NCBI RefSeq assembly: GCF_964355755.1
Contig: NC_092680.1
Location: 7,378,001-7,442,000 of the forward strand
DNA: 64,000 nt
Source of the DNA: Antedon mediterranea
Lineage: Eukaryota > Animalia > Echinodermata
Direction: 5' to 3'
A program made the position numbers and the translations under genes. Of the stretch, positions 1 through 13,079 are shown in pieces (position 1 is the stretch's first letter; every line of letters starts with the position of its first letter). The notes beneath the pieces were generated by a model that was not told the DNA's origin, made no database searches, and saw nothing but the letters and a program-made list of their open reading frames with translations.

Positions 1-69
1 ACTGTTGGTTTGTGTAATATTTAGCATATTATATTTTATATTTATTTTATTAATTTATATTTCATGCAG

Positions 70-182
70 AACACATTCAGATTCTTCATTGCATATAACA
101 GCCATGGGTGGAGGAGATACTGGATCATATCCAGCGCCCCAGACAGCTCCGGTTCGATCTAGAGGTATGCCGATGTTTTCTG
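70..182 (+). CDS. CRTC1: CRTC exon with SIK/AMPK 14-3-3 site (RTHSDSSLH)
   Basis: AG at 68-69; donor GTAAGA at 183, alternative same-phase GTATGC at 165. Confidence 0.85.
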
Positions 183-3100
183 GTAAGATAATGTGATATT
201 CCCGTCCCTCTGTGGAGTATCAGAATTTGTGTTTATTTTTCTTTTTTTACTGTAAACTTTGTGATCGTTTGTGTTGTAAAATATTATACAGTTAAATTAA
301 CCTGAACCTCTTAGGAAGGGAGTTGTCATTATGTAATCACTGATACTTGTTCAGAAACAGCTAGGTCAAGATATTACTTCAGATATCATGAACCAAATTT
401 ATGAATAAGGTACATGTTGTCCCGTTTACTTTCAAGGGTCTGTCAGACTAAGTAACAAGAGGACAATTGGAAGACCCACTCCCTCAAATCCGCTTCTCCA
501 AAATAAACACAATACAGTTTTTTTACGACAACTTTTTAACAATTTTTCCCAACCTAACACAAAGTAAAGCACAGATGCTACTGTTTTGTACTGAAATATA
601 ATATTGTAAAATTATACAAAAAAAACTGCTAATAAGAATTAGTATGAAAGGCACATACGGATACATACATGGTTCATTGGTTATTCAACCATTTCTTATT
701 TTAAACCCATAACACCATTAACAATGAAACCATAAGCAAATCTAAAAATATATTCAAATGTTATGTCACTTTACTAAAGTATTTATCACTCCATTATTTT
801 AGAACATTTTATTTTACAACATTTTATTTAGAAAGTGTAATTACCTACTAAAACAAATATGAAAATATAATATTTCAAATAAATAGTAGAAAGAAGGACA
901 CTCCAGCAAGGATATTCCTGTAGAATCCCAAAATAATTGGTGATTCGTTTAATATTATTTGTATTTTTGTAAATTCAACAATGTTTACTTTGTTTCAAAT
1001 AGGAAATTTAATTTTGTTGTTTGAAAGTTTACATGGTGAATAAACCCTTCTAAAGCCATGTTACACTTTGTGTTTTTAAAAGAAATAAATTAAGTTGAGA
1101 TTTTCATGAGTAAAACCAAAATGTTGATACGCAAACCTGGCTAATTTATAATGTAAAGCTCTGTCTACACTATTAAATAAACTAGTTTGACATAAAATTG
1201 TTATGTGCCCAATATGGTAGTGATATGCCCAATTATGGTAGTGATATGTATGGTCACATTTGATATTGTAGACAGAGCTTTAAATGACCCAATCCTTTCA
1301 CAGTTTATTAATGCGACACCTAAAGTCTGAAACATTACCATTCATAATAACAATATTAATCTTCAGTTTACTTTTAAATGTCACCATGAGTATGAAATCA
1401 ATATTTTTACACTACTGGTGTTAACACTTAGATTTTCTTGCATAAGCTGAGGTTTCTTTTCAATTGTAAAGGTGTTTATTGTAGTTTTTTGTGGTTTTTT
1501 TTTTCCATATTTCTTTCCATTGTCAAACGTACAATATGTATTTATTTATCCAAAGTGTATTTTTTGTTTGTTCTACAATTTTGATAATAGGAATAATAAT
1601 TATTCTATTACATTTGTTTTTTCCAGATTTTGATCAGGGTATGATGGACGGAGATTGTAAATCTGGTCCTTGGGATGCAAAAAAGGTAGGTCCTTTTAGT
1701 TTTGTTATTTGAATTTCTATGAACATATCCTTTGAAAATCTATGAAAATGTTTTCTTGTAATACATAAAGCAGAGTAAGTGTAAGCCTCTCAATTTCAAT
1801 TGGAACACAACCATTTGAGATTGTGAGTAAACTATGGAATTGAGATTTATTAGTTACAGGAAAAGTATACCTTGCAGTCTAGTATACAGTAGTTGTATGA
1901 TTACATCCCACCTGTTATTTTTCAAATGTTGACTTACATAATACATTACACTGGGTACACCTCATTAAGTTTGACAAATATGATAACATTGATTCAACGT
2001 TAAATGCAATTTATATCTACATACATGTCGTCTTGCTTTGAACAAGTCTGCACAAATATTATATTTTACTAATTAAATAAACTAAATGTATTGCATAATA
2101 TACGAGGCATTGATATAGTTTTTGAAAAAAATAATGTATAACAGTCATCGGGGGAAATTGCTATGATCATTTGCACAATTATGTATGAGAGTGTTTTCTA
2201 TGTAATAAATTGTCATGAGAGATGCTTAACTTAAAAGGTTGACCTTATTTCTATGAAATTGCTAATTACCATGATTTGTTATTATCTATTTATTTTTGTT
2301 ATGTGGCCATTAAAATATATAGACCATTCAGAAGATTTCATTTCATGTGTGAATTACTATCTTCTAGTAATTACTACATGTTCCAGGAAATGTTACCAAT
2401 TTAAAACAGTTATTTTCAAATAGCTAAAATTTTTTTATCAAAACTATCATTATTTTATTGCCACTAACATTTAAAAAGTTAATTTATAAAAATTGTACTG
2501 AACATTATGAAAAATATATTTTATAATCTAAATATTATACAGTTATAATCTAAATGATATATGGTAAGCCTGCCTTGTTGACATCAATTCTCTGTCGCAA
2601 TAGTTCGCTCTCTGTCATTTATATAACTCATTGTTTTAAACATTCTTTTTGATTTCCACAGTTGCAGAATCGTCCCAAGTCATGTGAAGTGCCTGGTATA
2701 AAGTAAGTATAATTACTAATCATTATCACTTTTGGTGGAGTTTGGTGTACTGTAAAATGAAACGGGATTTCTCTATGTTTTTATATGTGGTAGATTTAAA
2801 GAAAGAATGAACATAGGAAAATTAGCCTCCAAGTTTATTATGATTTTATACCCAGCCCTAGTTTCTATAGTTACCAGAGTCATCATATAGTAAAATGGTA
2901 ACCATTATTAAATATAACGACGGAAATTTCTGTCTCAAATGCAATCTTTTGATTTAATGAGTGAGAGTTTGTGTAGCAATCATCGCCAAAATATCGACCA
3001 TTATATATTATTTTTTACAAACTTGGCTTTTAAACAGTTTCATCGATACATTTTTGCACATAATTTTTGATCGTTTTCATGATGTACAAATGCCTAATAT

Positions 3101-6100
3101 AAACAAACATGACCCAGTTTTTTTTTTGTGTGACATTGAGATTTTTTTCAACTGGCCTATTTCCTTTATATTTAATAATTTTCAAAATTGTGTTCACAAT
3201 ATTGTTTAAGTGCTAGAATGCCTATGGCTACAATCATAATGTATTGTATAATGAATTTTTCTACAATGTATTCGAGTTGGTTTTACACATAATTGGTGTG
3301 TCTCCTCAACTTTGTCTTAAGTCAATGATTCTATTGGGAATGAATATAGTTTCTTAAGTTCTTAAAAATTAAATCTATCTAAAACATATCTAAAGGTAAA
3401 AATATTTCAATTTGTTATGACAATGATAGTAAAAGGCCACTGATTATTATTTTCATAGAAATGTGTGCATTACTGTAGTGTTAAGGTTTTTTCAATGTTA
3501 GAAAAAAGATAAAATATGTATAGATGGTTTTTTAAATTTATCAAGATAATGTATTCATTCCCTCATAATATTAATTTACTGTTTTTAATTTATGAAAAAT
3601 GTAGATCTGATTTTAGAAATGTTTTGCATAAAATTAATGTGAAAGTTATAATTATTTTTTACTGATTGATTTTCAGTATTTATCCTTCTGAACAAGAAAC
3701 AGGAACAGTACCAATTCCCATTCAAAACACAGGATCACTACCAGATCTTACAAATATACACATCCCTACGCCATTAATGACGCCTTTAGACAATGACGAA
3801 CAGACCATGTACAATCATAGTAGCACTAACAATTTGCAAGCAACTACCGTACAGATTTTAGGAATGTCACAAAGTCCGCAATCACCGCAGTCACACAGCC
3901 CGCAACCACGCAGCCCTCAATTGAGTCCGGCAATAAGTCCACAGATACAACGTCGAAATAAAACAAATCCAGTCGCAATTTCTTTAGGTCATCATAACCA
4001 AGGGTGTTTACAAGTAAGTTCTCTTTTTTATGTCTTTTAAGCTCTAGTTTCAAGTTCAAGTTTATTTATATACAATATAATACAGAACATAAATTGAAAT
4101 TGTCTGAGGAGAATGCATTAATCCAAGGCTTTAAGTTTGGTCCTCTATCTACACTATCAAACTTTACGTGACAACAAATGTGATGTGCCCATATATGGAC
4201 ATGGTGATGTCATATCATTATCATATTTGGGTATATCCATATTTGGGCACATCACACTTTTTTTGTCAAACTATTTTGATAGTGCATATACCAATAGATA
4301 AAATCAATACTTTTTCAATTATTTAGATTTCATTCATTAATATTTTCATTCCATAAATGATTTGATAGAAAGCGAAGTCATTAATGTATGATAAATTACA
4401 AGGAACGTATCTATTTGACTTGGTACAGTATCATTCATCAGAATAATGATTCACTAGAATAATGTTAATGTTATCATAACATTTTCATGTGTGTATACTT
4501 GTTTATGTTCAAAAAGTAATCGATTTTTATACTAACTATTTGAGGTCAAACAATTCCAGATAAACAATTATATTTACATTGTAAATATTGAAAAAAATCA
4601 TAAAACTAATAATGTTATTTAATGTTGTTTCTGCTTTCAAGTATCATCAGGGTCTGTTAACCATTTATTTTAAAATGGATTAAAAATAACAAGACCGCTC
4701 AATTTGTGCTCCGGTTAAACAGAAATCTGTAGAATTACCCAAAATGCAATTGCTCTTGGCAGTTAATTCAAACGTTACAGCCGTGTAGTTGACTTGGGGT
4801 CAGCAGCTGTCAATCAAATAAGCGTTATTTTGTGTTGCAGCTAAAAGTTGCTCAGCGATAACCGGTTAAATGGTGTTCTAACACCGAATTGAATGGGTGT
4901 TTTTAACCAGTTATTTTGAGCTGCCTTTTAACCGGTTACCTGCTCCCAAGAAAATGAAGTTAATTTAGTCACACCGATTTTAATCGGTTACTTTTATGCA
5001 GCAGAAACAGGCCCATAGATAGCTGATAGTGAATGTTTCCAGTGGTGTTTGGATGATTATAATTGTGTTTTATTTATTGCGGATACAATAGTCGACTATT
5101 TTCTCTTTTTTTCACATAGTAGTACCAATGAACGACTTTTCTTGTTTTCTTTCAATGCAATTTTCATTTTAATCGGTTACTTTTATGCAGCAGAAACAGG
5201 CCCATAGATAGCTGATAGTGAATGTTTCCAGTGGTGTTTGGATGATTATAATTGTGTTTTATTTATTGCGGATACAATAGTCGACTATTTTCTCTTTTTT
5301 TCACATAGTAGTACCAATGAACGACTTTTCTTGTTTTCTTTCAATGCAATTTTCATTCTTTTGCAATTAGTCACAATGTTTGTTTTAATATTATCATATG
5401 TTATCAAGTTATCATTCTGTTTGTATAGTGTTTTCTTCCTTCCGTATGATTATTGATGTATACTCTAATGTACCATTAATTATTTATATCAATATATTAA
5501 TCTTTTGAATGTTTTTTGTTGTGTCAGATGCAAGATTCAGGAGGAATGGTTATGGATCAGAGTTTACCTAAGTACCAAGTTTTTCAAAATCAACCACCAC
5601 AATCACCTCAACACTCTAGTAACATTTTATCACTTGATAAGGTATGCTGCATTGTCATCTAAAATTGAATTTTTTAAATTCCCCCAAAAACCTGAAAAAT
5701 AAAAATTAAAATCAGACGTTGAATAGGCCATTTTGCGGTTAAATAATAAAGTTATTCAGTTCTGTACTAAAACAAATTTCACTTGTATTAATTTTAACCA
5801 AAAACCATTGTCTGACAGACAATTGAGGTATATTTTGCTTAAAATTACATTTTTTATTCAGGGAAAATGTTTATCCAGTTTTTGGTCAACTTAAAGTGAA
5901 TAACTATTATGTGACATTAAAAAAATGGCATATTCAACAACAATGAAATTTAAAAAAATATTTTTTTAAGGGCGACAATATATCTTTAAAACCAAAGAAT
6001 AAAAATAAAGTAGAAATCCTATTCAGGAGACATAGCTGTTCAGAGAACACTCTTTACATTTTTATAGATGTTATTCCTGTGAAATTAACCAGGAGCAGTA

Positions 6101-7671
6101 TTTATATTATTTAGAGGACTTTGTTTGTCCCAAACGAGTTCAAAAAAATGTAAAAAAAAAAAGTAAATAAAATCCACTATTCTTTGTATTTTCTATTTCA
6201 TTATATAAATAAATAAACTAATAACGTTTTCATTTATTTGCAGTCTGGTATGCAACAGTACAGAGAGACTTCATCTGTTGGGCCTACAACCTCATGTTCA
6301 TCTCCAACGTCACCTGTTTCTAATCCTAATTTTTCACCTGCAGCCTCCCCTGGACCCCCTGGGTCAGTTGGCTGTCCCTCACCCGCATTATCAGATGCAT
6401 ACTCACAACGAATACTACAACAACAGTTTGAAGACTTTACAATGGTTGGGGATCACAGTCCAACTCATCAGCCATCTCAGTATCAGGTTTGTTATAAGAT
6501 TAGAGATGTGTGGATTAGCAGGATTAGGGAAAGGATTAAGTATTTAAATAATTTGTATTTTTAGACAAATTAAAAGTTGGTTTAATTCCCATATAAAAAA
6601 AAAAAAACCAATGCATTTCCACATGGTTTAATGTACTTACTGCGAAGTGCAATTTGTTCGTAACATCTGCATAATTCATTATATATTCTGGAAATGTGCC
6701 TTGCATGCATTAAGGATTTGTGAAGATGATCTTAAACCTAGGTATTGCACAAATGCAAATTACTAAATGAAAGTAACTATTTTGGTGGAATATGCTTAAC
6801 ATTGTGTGACAGCTGTATAAATATCTTATCTTTTTTTTTTGTAGTTTCCTGGAATGTTTGAACAAAACTATTTTGGAAATCCGCAATCGTACCACCACAA
6901 GGTGCCGCCACCGGCTTACCATCAGCCGTTCCCTCAATATCCTCAAGTTAATAATATCCCATCTATAATTTTATCTGGTATGTACACATTTTTTTTCCTA
7001 TTTTGGAATTTCATTTATACTACTACTGCCACCAATCTTTGATTTATACCACATACATGCATTGTTGTTAGAATTCAGTTGAAATTATAATTTGGAATGA
7101 GCTGACATAAAAAAAACCTTAAATTGCTGATATAAAAGATATAAAGAAATAAATGATGTTGTATATGAAATTTCAAAAAAATATTATTATTTATTATCAC
7201 AAATTTCCCCCCAAATATATGAATATTAAAATGAATAAAATACAAATAAGTTTGAAGTTTCAATAAACTTTTCAATTTAACCAAAAACCTGTTTCCCGAT
7301 GGACAATGTGCATCTAGTTAATTATTTTTAAAATGCAAGTTGTTTCAGGTAAATAATCGGTATTTTTCTTCCAATTTCTTTGGCATCAATGTGACATATT
7401 AACAAACAATTATTTTTTCAGAGGCACGAAATATCTGTAATAATTTTGTTTGTATTTATCAGGTGTAACAGACTCACAAGATATGGCAAAAGATATTCAT
7501 TCTGCAATGGTTGGCTATGACCATGAGTCTCTATTTAGTGCAGAGGACAGTCTCAAGTTAGACCCCCTAGAATGTGAAGATTTCCAGATGTTACTCGAGA
7601 ATGACCCCGTTACTGATCAAACCACCGAAGACTCCTTTCGAGCTGACAGAATGGGAGGGTTATACAAGTAA
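70..7671 (+). CDS. CRTC1: CREB-regulated transcription coactivator (CRTC/TORC), 3' part of a spliced gene; N-terminal exons lie upstream of the window
   Basis: GT-AG exons with chained phases: 70-182 (or 164), 1627-1685, 2662-2702, 3677-4013, 5528-5641, 6244-6486 (or 6444), 6845-6977, 7463-7671. Family motifs RTHSDSSLH, RPKSCEVPGINIYPS, TGSLPDLTNIH-x-PTPL, LQQQFEDFTM, NIPSIILS and C-terminal DPVTDQTTEDSFRADRM. The symbol denotes the CRTC family; paralog number is nominal in an invertebrate. Confidence 0.93.
1154..1282. mobile_element. Foldback MITE family A (TIR AAGCTCTGTCTACACTATCAAAC, TA-flanked), copy 1
   Basis: TAAAGCTCTGTCTACA...TGTAGACAGAGCTTTA inverted ends; same sequence recurs 8 times in the window. 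Confidence 0.8.
1627..1685 (+). CDS. CRTC1: CRTC exon (DFDQGMMDGDCKSGPWDAKK)
   Basis: ttccAG acceptor, GTAGGT donor, phase 1-0 fits neighbours. Confidence 0.85.
2662..2702 (+). CDS. CRTC1: CRTC exon (LQNRPKSCEVPGI)
   Basis: cacAG acceptor, GTAAGT donor; conserved RPKSCEVPGIN motif; too short for the ORF track. Confidence 0.9.
3677..4013 (+). CDS. CRTC1: CRTC exon (IYPSEQE...TGSLPDLTNIH...CLQ)
   Basis: ttcAG acceptor, GTAAGT donor; SLPDL phospho-motif. Confidence 0.92.
4143..4284. mobile_element. MITE family A, copy 2 (ends eroded)
   Basis: TCTACACTATCAAACTTT...GTGCCCATATATGGAC...GTCAAACTATTTTGATAGTG. Confidence 0.75.
4978..5357. repeat. Direct tandem duplication, 189-bp period, 2 copies
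   Basis: AATCGGTTACTTTTATGCAGCAG at 4982 and 5171; copies look identical by eye. Confidence 0.9.
5528..5641 (+). CDS. CRTC1: CRTC exon (MQDSGG...SLDK)
   Basis: 114 nt open, phase 0-0, tcAG / GTATGC boundaries. Confidence 0.75.
6244..6486 (+). CDS. CRTC1: CRTC exon (S/P-rich, LQQQFEDFTM)
   Basis: tgcAG acceptor; donor at 6487 (GTTTGT) or 6445 (GTTGGG), both phase 0. Confidence 0.85.
6845..6977 (+). CDS. CRTC1: CRTC exon (FPGMFEQ...NIPSIILS)
   Basis: poly-T + tAG acceptor, GTATGT donor. Confidence 0.88.
7463..7671 (+). CDS. CRTC1: CRTC terminal coding exon (transactivation domain)
   Basis: tcAG acceptor; acidic LKLDPL...EDSFRADRM C-terminus; TAA at 7669-7671. Confidence 0.92.
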
Positions 7672-8769
7672 CATCTTCAAAACTCACATTGTATTTTTTA
7701 TTATGCTTTGATTGTTGTAAGAAACGACGCTTGCTCTTAGCAGGCTTGGAGTTGCGTCACTACATGTTCCCCCCTCGGGTTCAAACGCTGTATGGTTTAT
7801 AGCGATGACAGGACCCAGATTGTAGTAAGAAGTTGGTGGTATGCAAGTACAATTCAGAAGTTGGTGTGGATAGCGTTTCCACTGTTTTAACTTTTTGTGC
7901 GGTGTAGAACAAGTGTTTTCCATCAGTTTTCGATTCGGTGATCCATGACAAAAAGTTTGTTGCGAATGTCGTCATCAAATCTCGTACCAATGAAGTTGTA
8001 GCTATTGTTGAGCGTTCGTAGGATAAGGATACTTTGAGACAAGAATGGAATGTGACAGGTAACATCTAAATCAACCATTTATATAAACTATACTAGTTTA
8101 TTTTGCAAGTGAGATTTTCACTGACCGTAAAACAACGGAGCAACATGAGTTTCTACAGACCCCGTATTTTTTTCACAAGATGCCCCTGGACAACAGCAGA
8201 TTGGGAAGCACTATGTACAGGATAAACATTAAGTATTTGCGATTGCACTGCTTAGGAACATTGGAGATGTTTAACTTCATCATCATCAATTCGAAGTTCC
8301 ATAAGTAAAAATGTGTAAACATTTTACCCAGTTCGATCAAAGATTTTTTTTAAATGTTTTTTAATATTGGCTATGTTTTATACGTATTATTGAGACCTAC
8401 TGTTTAAAAGTGCCCATGTCCACTAGAGTTCTATCAGTACTTTTGTTTTCATCAACATACCCTAATCGCCATACTTTACAATTAAAAAAAAAAACATAAT
8501 TTACTTCTGAAATTTGCATTGATATTGTCATTCTGTAAATAGACATATTTTGAATTTGCCTGTTAATGTAACACAGTATTATTATTACTATTTCATTTGT
8601 CGAACATTCAAAATGGCTTCACTTTCACTGATTTAATGATTGTGCCCTAGAATACAATGCAAAAAACACAATTTTGATTTATGTAAATGAATATTTTAAT
8701 TTGAAACCTTGATGACGTATTTACTGTTTATATTGGAAATAAGGTTAAGAAGAATAGTACTGTAGTATA

Positions 8770-9449
8770 AACCAATCTGACAACATCACCAGCCAATCTA
8801 ACGGCATCACCAACCAATCTAACATCATTACCAACCAATCTGACATCATTACCAACCAATCTAACAACATCACCAACCAATCTAACAGCATTACCAACCA
8901 ATCTGACATCATTACCAACCAATCTGACATCATTACCAACCAATCTAACAACATCATCAACCAATCTAACAACATTACCTACCAACCAATCTAACAACAA
9001 CACCAACCAATCTAACAGCAACACTAACCAATCTAACATTACCAACCAATCTAACATTACCAACCAACCTAACAACATCCTAAACCAATCTAACAGCACC
9101 AGCCAATCTAACAACATCACCAGCCAATCTAACAGCATCCTCAACCAATCTAACAACATCACCAACCAATCTAACAACATCACCATCCAATCTAACATCA
9201 CCAGTTAACCAATCTAACAACATCACCATCCAATCTAACATCACCAGCCAACCTAACATCACCAGCCAACCTAACAACATCGTCAACCAATCTAACAACA
9301 TCACCATCCAATCTAACAACTTCATCATCAGCCAATCTAACATCATCACCAACCAATCTAACATCACCAGCCAACCTAACATCACCAGCCAATCTAACAA
9401 CATCCTCAACCAATCTAACAACATCGCCAACCAATCTGACAGCATCACC
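8770..9449. repeat. Minisatellite, 21/18-bp unit CAACCAATCTAACAACATCAC, about 33 copies, downstream of the CRTC stop
   Basis: Repeat directly visible; source of the spurious LLDWLVM ORFs. Confidence 0.95.
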
Positions 9450-11570
9450 TGCTTGTTTTCAAAATCCATCTTCTAATCATAGATTTCTATTTTAAACTAA
9501 ATTTCTAAGTGACGATTAACAGCCAAAAACTATGGTGTTTCATACCTACACTTAAGCTGAACAAAAATCAGAACTCTTACAAGTCTGTAGTCTTGGTTAA
9601 ATCTGCATGTGTGTGTGTGGTCTTTACTGGTTAAAAACTTTGTTTAAAAAAACCTGGAAATAAAAAAAAAAATTGTAGTAGACTTTTGGTCTTTTTCATT
9701 CATAGCTTGTTTCTACATGTGATTGTGAGGTCATTATTGGGTCATTCTATGCTTATTTGTTATGGTCATTATGTGTGACCATTTATAACTGTTGCATGAT
9801 TATGTTTATGGTCATTACACAATTTTGATTTTTAAAACTTGTATCATCATTAAGAATGTAATACAATTTCATGAAATTAAAATGTGGACATTTTTTCAAG
9901 AAAGTTTAATTGAAAATAGAAAGTGACTACCATCAGTGAATGCTAGTTATATAACTATGCAATCTTGCATGATGCTTGTAAAATCTGAAATACTTATTTA
10001 ACAACAACTATTAATAATTAAAACATTGTGTAATTACCATGAATTTTGTGGTCACAATAGTACATTAGTTTATTCAAATAGTCTTAAATAACATCTAAGT
10101 ATACAAATGTGTAATAAATGTATGACATAGGGGTACTATATGAAAAAAAAATATAACAAGTGACTTAATATTTTAAATGAATCAAAGATTGTAAATAGTT
10201 CATTCTTGTATCGTTGATTCTACTGCAGTAACTGCAGTAATACAATGTAGCAGTAACTATATTGTTTGGTCTATTAATTCAGTTTCAGCAAAGGGTTAGT
10301 AATTATATAATTCAATGTAGTGACAATGCAGTAATTGCATTAATAGATTACTGCAGCAAACGAACATACTTCTGCAGTAACTGTAGCAGAATGTTTGATA
10401 CTGGTTCTTATTTTGGTTTAGCAACAGTTCTGAATATTTACAATTCAAAAATATTTAAATCCTTTATTTCATTGGTATTCCATGTGGAATAATGTTATTG
10501 CATGGTGCTGCTATGGTTAAAATAGACAGTTCAATAAATATGATCCATTTGTGGATGTGTTGTATTTTACGTTTTTTTTTAAACATGAAAATAAAAGATT
10601 ATTATAAATATATATATATATATATGTTTTGTATATACATTTCTTGCATATATGTAGGAAAGAAAATATATTATTTGTGTCCCTGAGGTGAATTCCTTAG
10701 TTAAAGGTTGCTATTTTAGCTTTATGCTACCTTGCATTTTATTTTGTATTTTTTCAAACCGTGAAATAGTAAGTAAATTATTTTGGATAATATAGAAATG
10801 GTGTTTTTGTATTTAATTTTAATTCAGAATTGTGGGAAAATAGTTTTTGATTATCGTCTATTTTTTGTGGCATATTTTCAATTTAATGAAACTAAAATGT
10901 TACTAGGCTAACCTTGAATTGTTTTATGAACTTGGTATTTATTAATAAGTATTTTAGGCTGTGTATAATGTGATTGTGTATAAGCAAGCAAACGAGGTTG
11001 GCCTAGGTAAACAATTTAAAACAAGAGTTTCAACAGGGAGCCATCTCTGTTAGTACTACTATGTCTGAAACATTAGCTTTAAGGACACCTACTGATCTTG
11101 CTTTATATCTTTGAATATTATTTTTGATACTTTGTGTTTTAACGAAACAGCTATCTGTCTAAAAAATGTTTTCTTAATGTGTGTTTTACAAGGCACGAAA
11201 TCATTCATTTTTACAGGTGGTGAAACGCACCTGTTCGTATGGAAATTTTATGTCTAATCATGAATTTGAATAATTAAATGTGTCTTTTAAAAGAGGGTGG
11301 GATAAATTTATAAATATATATGATTAAGAATTTGAAATAATTTAATTGCCACAAAATTTGTAAGATAATAGAGTATGAATTGAAATAAATTAGCTTATTG
11401 GTGATAAGACCTCATTCAATAATAGATTATAAGCAGACATGTTCTGCCATGTGTATGTGTGTGTATATTTTGTAAACAGTTTTAAAAGATTATTGTTTAT
11501 TTTATTGAAATGTTTCATGAGAAAATTTTTTTTGTGTAAAGATTAAAGCACGATGATTTATTTCGACCAT

Positions 11571-11717
11571 GGGGCTTAAGTCCTGAGGGGTTCCCATGGT
11601 ACCAGGGATAGCCCTCTAAAACACTAAAACAGGGGCTTAAGTCCTGAGGGGTTCCCATGGTACCAGGGATAGCCCTCTAAAACACTAAAACAGGGGCTTA
11701 AGTCCTGAGGGGTTCCC
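11571..11717. repeat. 61-bp tandem repeat, about 2.4 copies
   Basis: GGGGCTTAAGTCCTGAGGGG at 11571, 11632, 11693; related inverted copy near 56418-56474. Confidence 0.9.
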
Positions 11718-13079
11718 AACAAATATTGCAGGTTTTACAAACACCTATATAATTTTTTTTTTTTCCGAAAAATCATGAAAGTCAAAGCAGTTCCAGACAG
11801 TTTGTATTGATTATTATCTGGGTTCCTTATATAATATTATTTATATAGTTATATGTATATGTATGAGAATGTTGGATCTGTTTACAAAACAAAGCATTAC
11901 CTTTTCTACTTAGCTAAGTTATTATTATGATTTGTTCACTTGTTCTTTAGAATTACAATGAGCACAAATTGACCGTATGAATATTTTGATCATTTTCTGT
12001 CTTTAACAACTTTAATTATTTCCATTTTGTTAATGTGCCAATGAAATATAGTGCCTCTCTTTCAGTTATTTATATCAATATGATAGATCAGGTATTTTTA
12101 AAGTGCTTTAAGTAAATTCATATTAAAATTTAGACAAATAAAAAATTGTGTTTGATAAAAATGTGTAATTTATGGAGATTAGTTTCAGAGTAATGTTGGC
12201 TAATGTAATAAAAGTAATTGCTTGAAACTGTGGTTTTCAATATTCAACTAAAAATGATAAATATTTATATTAAAATATTTGAGAACTTTAAATGAACACT
12301 AAAACAACTTAAAATGGTTAAAGATAATATTGTCCCCCAGAACAAATAAAAACATTGTTAAAATAGTTAAAAGTAAAACTATAATTTAAAGAAAAAATAG
12401 ACAGGAAGTCCATCATCTGGAAGTCAATGGGTTTTGCTTAAATTTAACTCATTAATTTGTTTGTTGTTATTATTTTTTTGTTTTCTTTTTTTTTTGTTTG
12501 CAGAAGTAAATGAATTATTAATTTTAAAACTACAAAATACCCCATTGAAGGTTTGTTTTTGGGGGACAATATATATTTAATTATTAATTTTTTACTGGAT
12601 AGTTTTTTGTATGGACAGTTATGAAAACCAGCCCAGTGTGAGGTTATTATACCGACTCATCTAATTTGTAACTGTTTTTAATGAATTTAACAATTGTACA
12701 GTGACTTTATTATTTGCAAGAGTTACATTGTGTCTATGATATAGGATATTTGAATACATAAATGTATTGTACAGATTATAATATTTTTTTTAATAATTGG
12801 ATATGCTAATAAGCAGGCCACCTGTATAATCTACTTTGCATATTGTATGCGCAATCATTTTTATGTAACCTGCTTTATTTCTGTATGATATGTCGGTTGT
12901 TTAGAAAGTTGGTCTGATTTTTTGTGTTGTATGCTTCTATTTTCTGTTTGGATTATTCCAGAGAAAATAAATTATTACATGAGATTATTGTTGTTTTAAT
13001 ACAGATTTATAATTACATGAAAATGTATTGAGTTTGATATAACTTGACACAATGTTCCATGAAGATCCCATAGCATTCA

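Noticed and set aside
8728-9469. LLDWLVM / DVVRLVG repeat ORFs on the minus strand
   Set aside because: Translation of a 21/18-bp minisatellite; no splice or start context.
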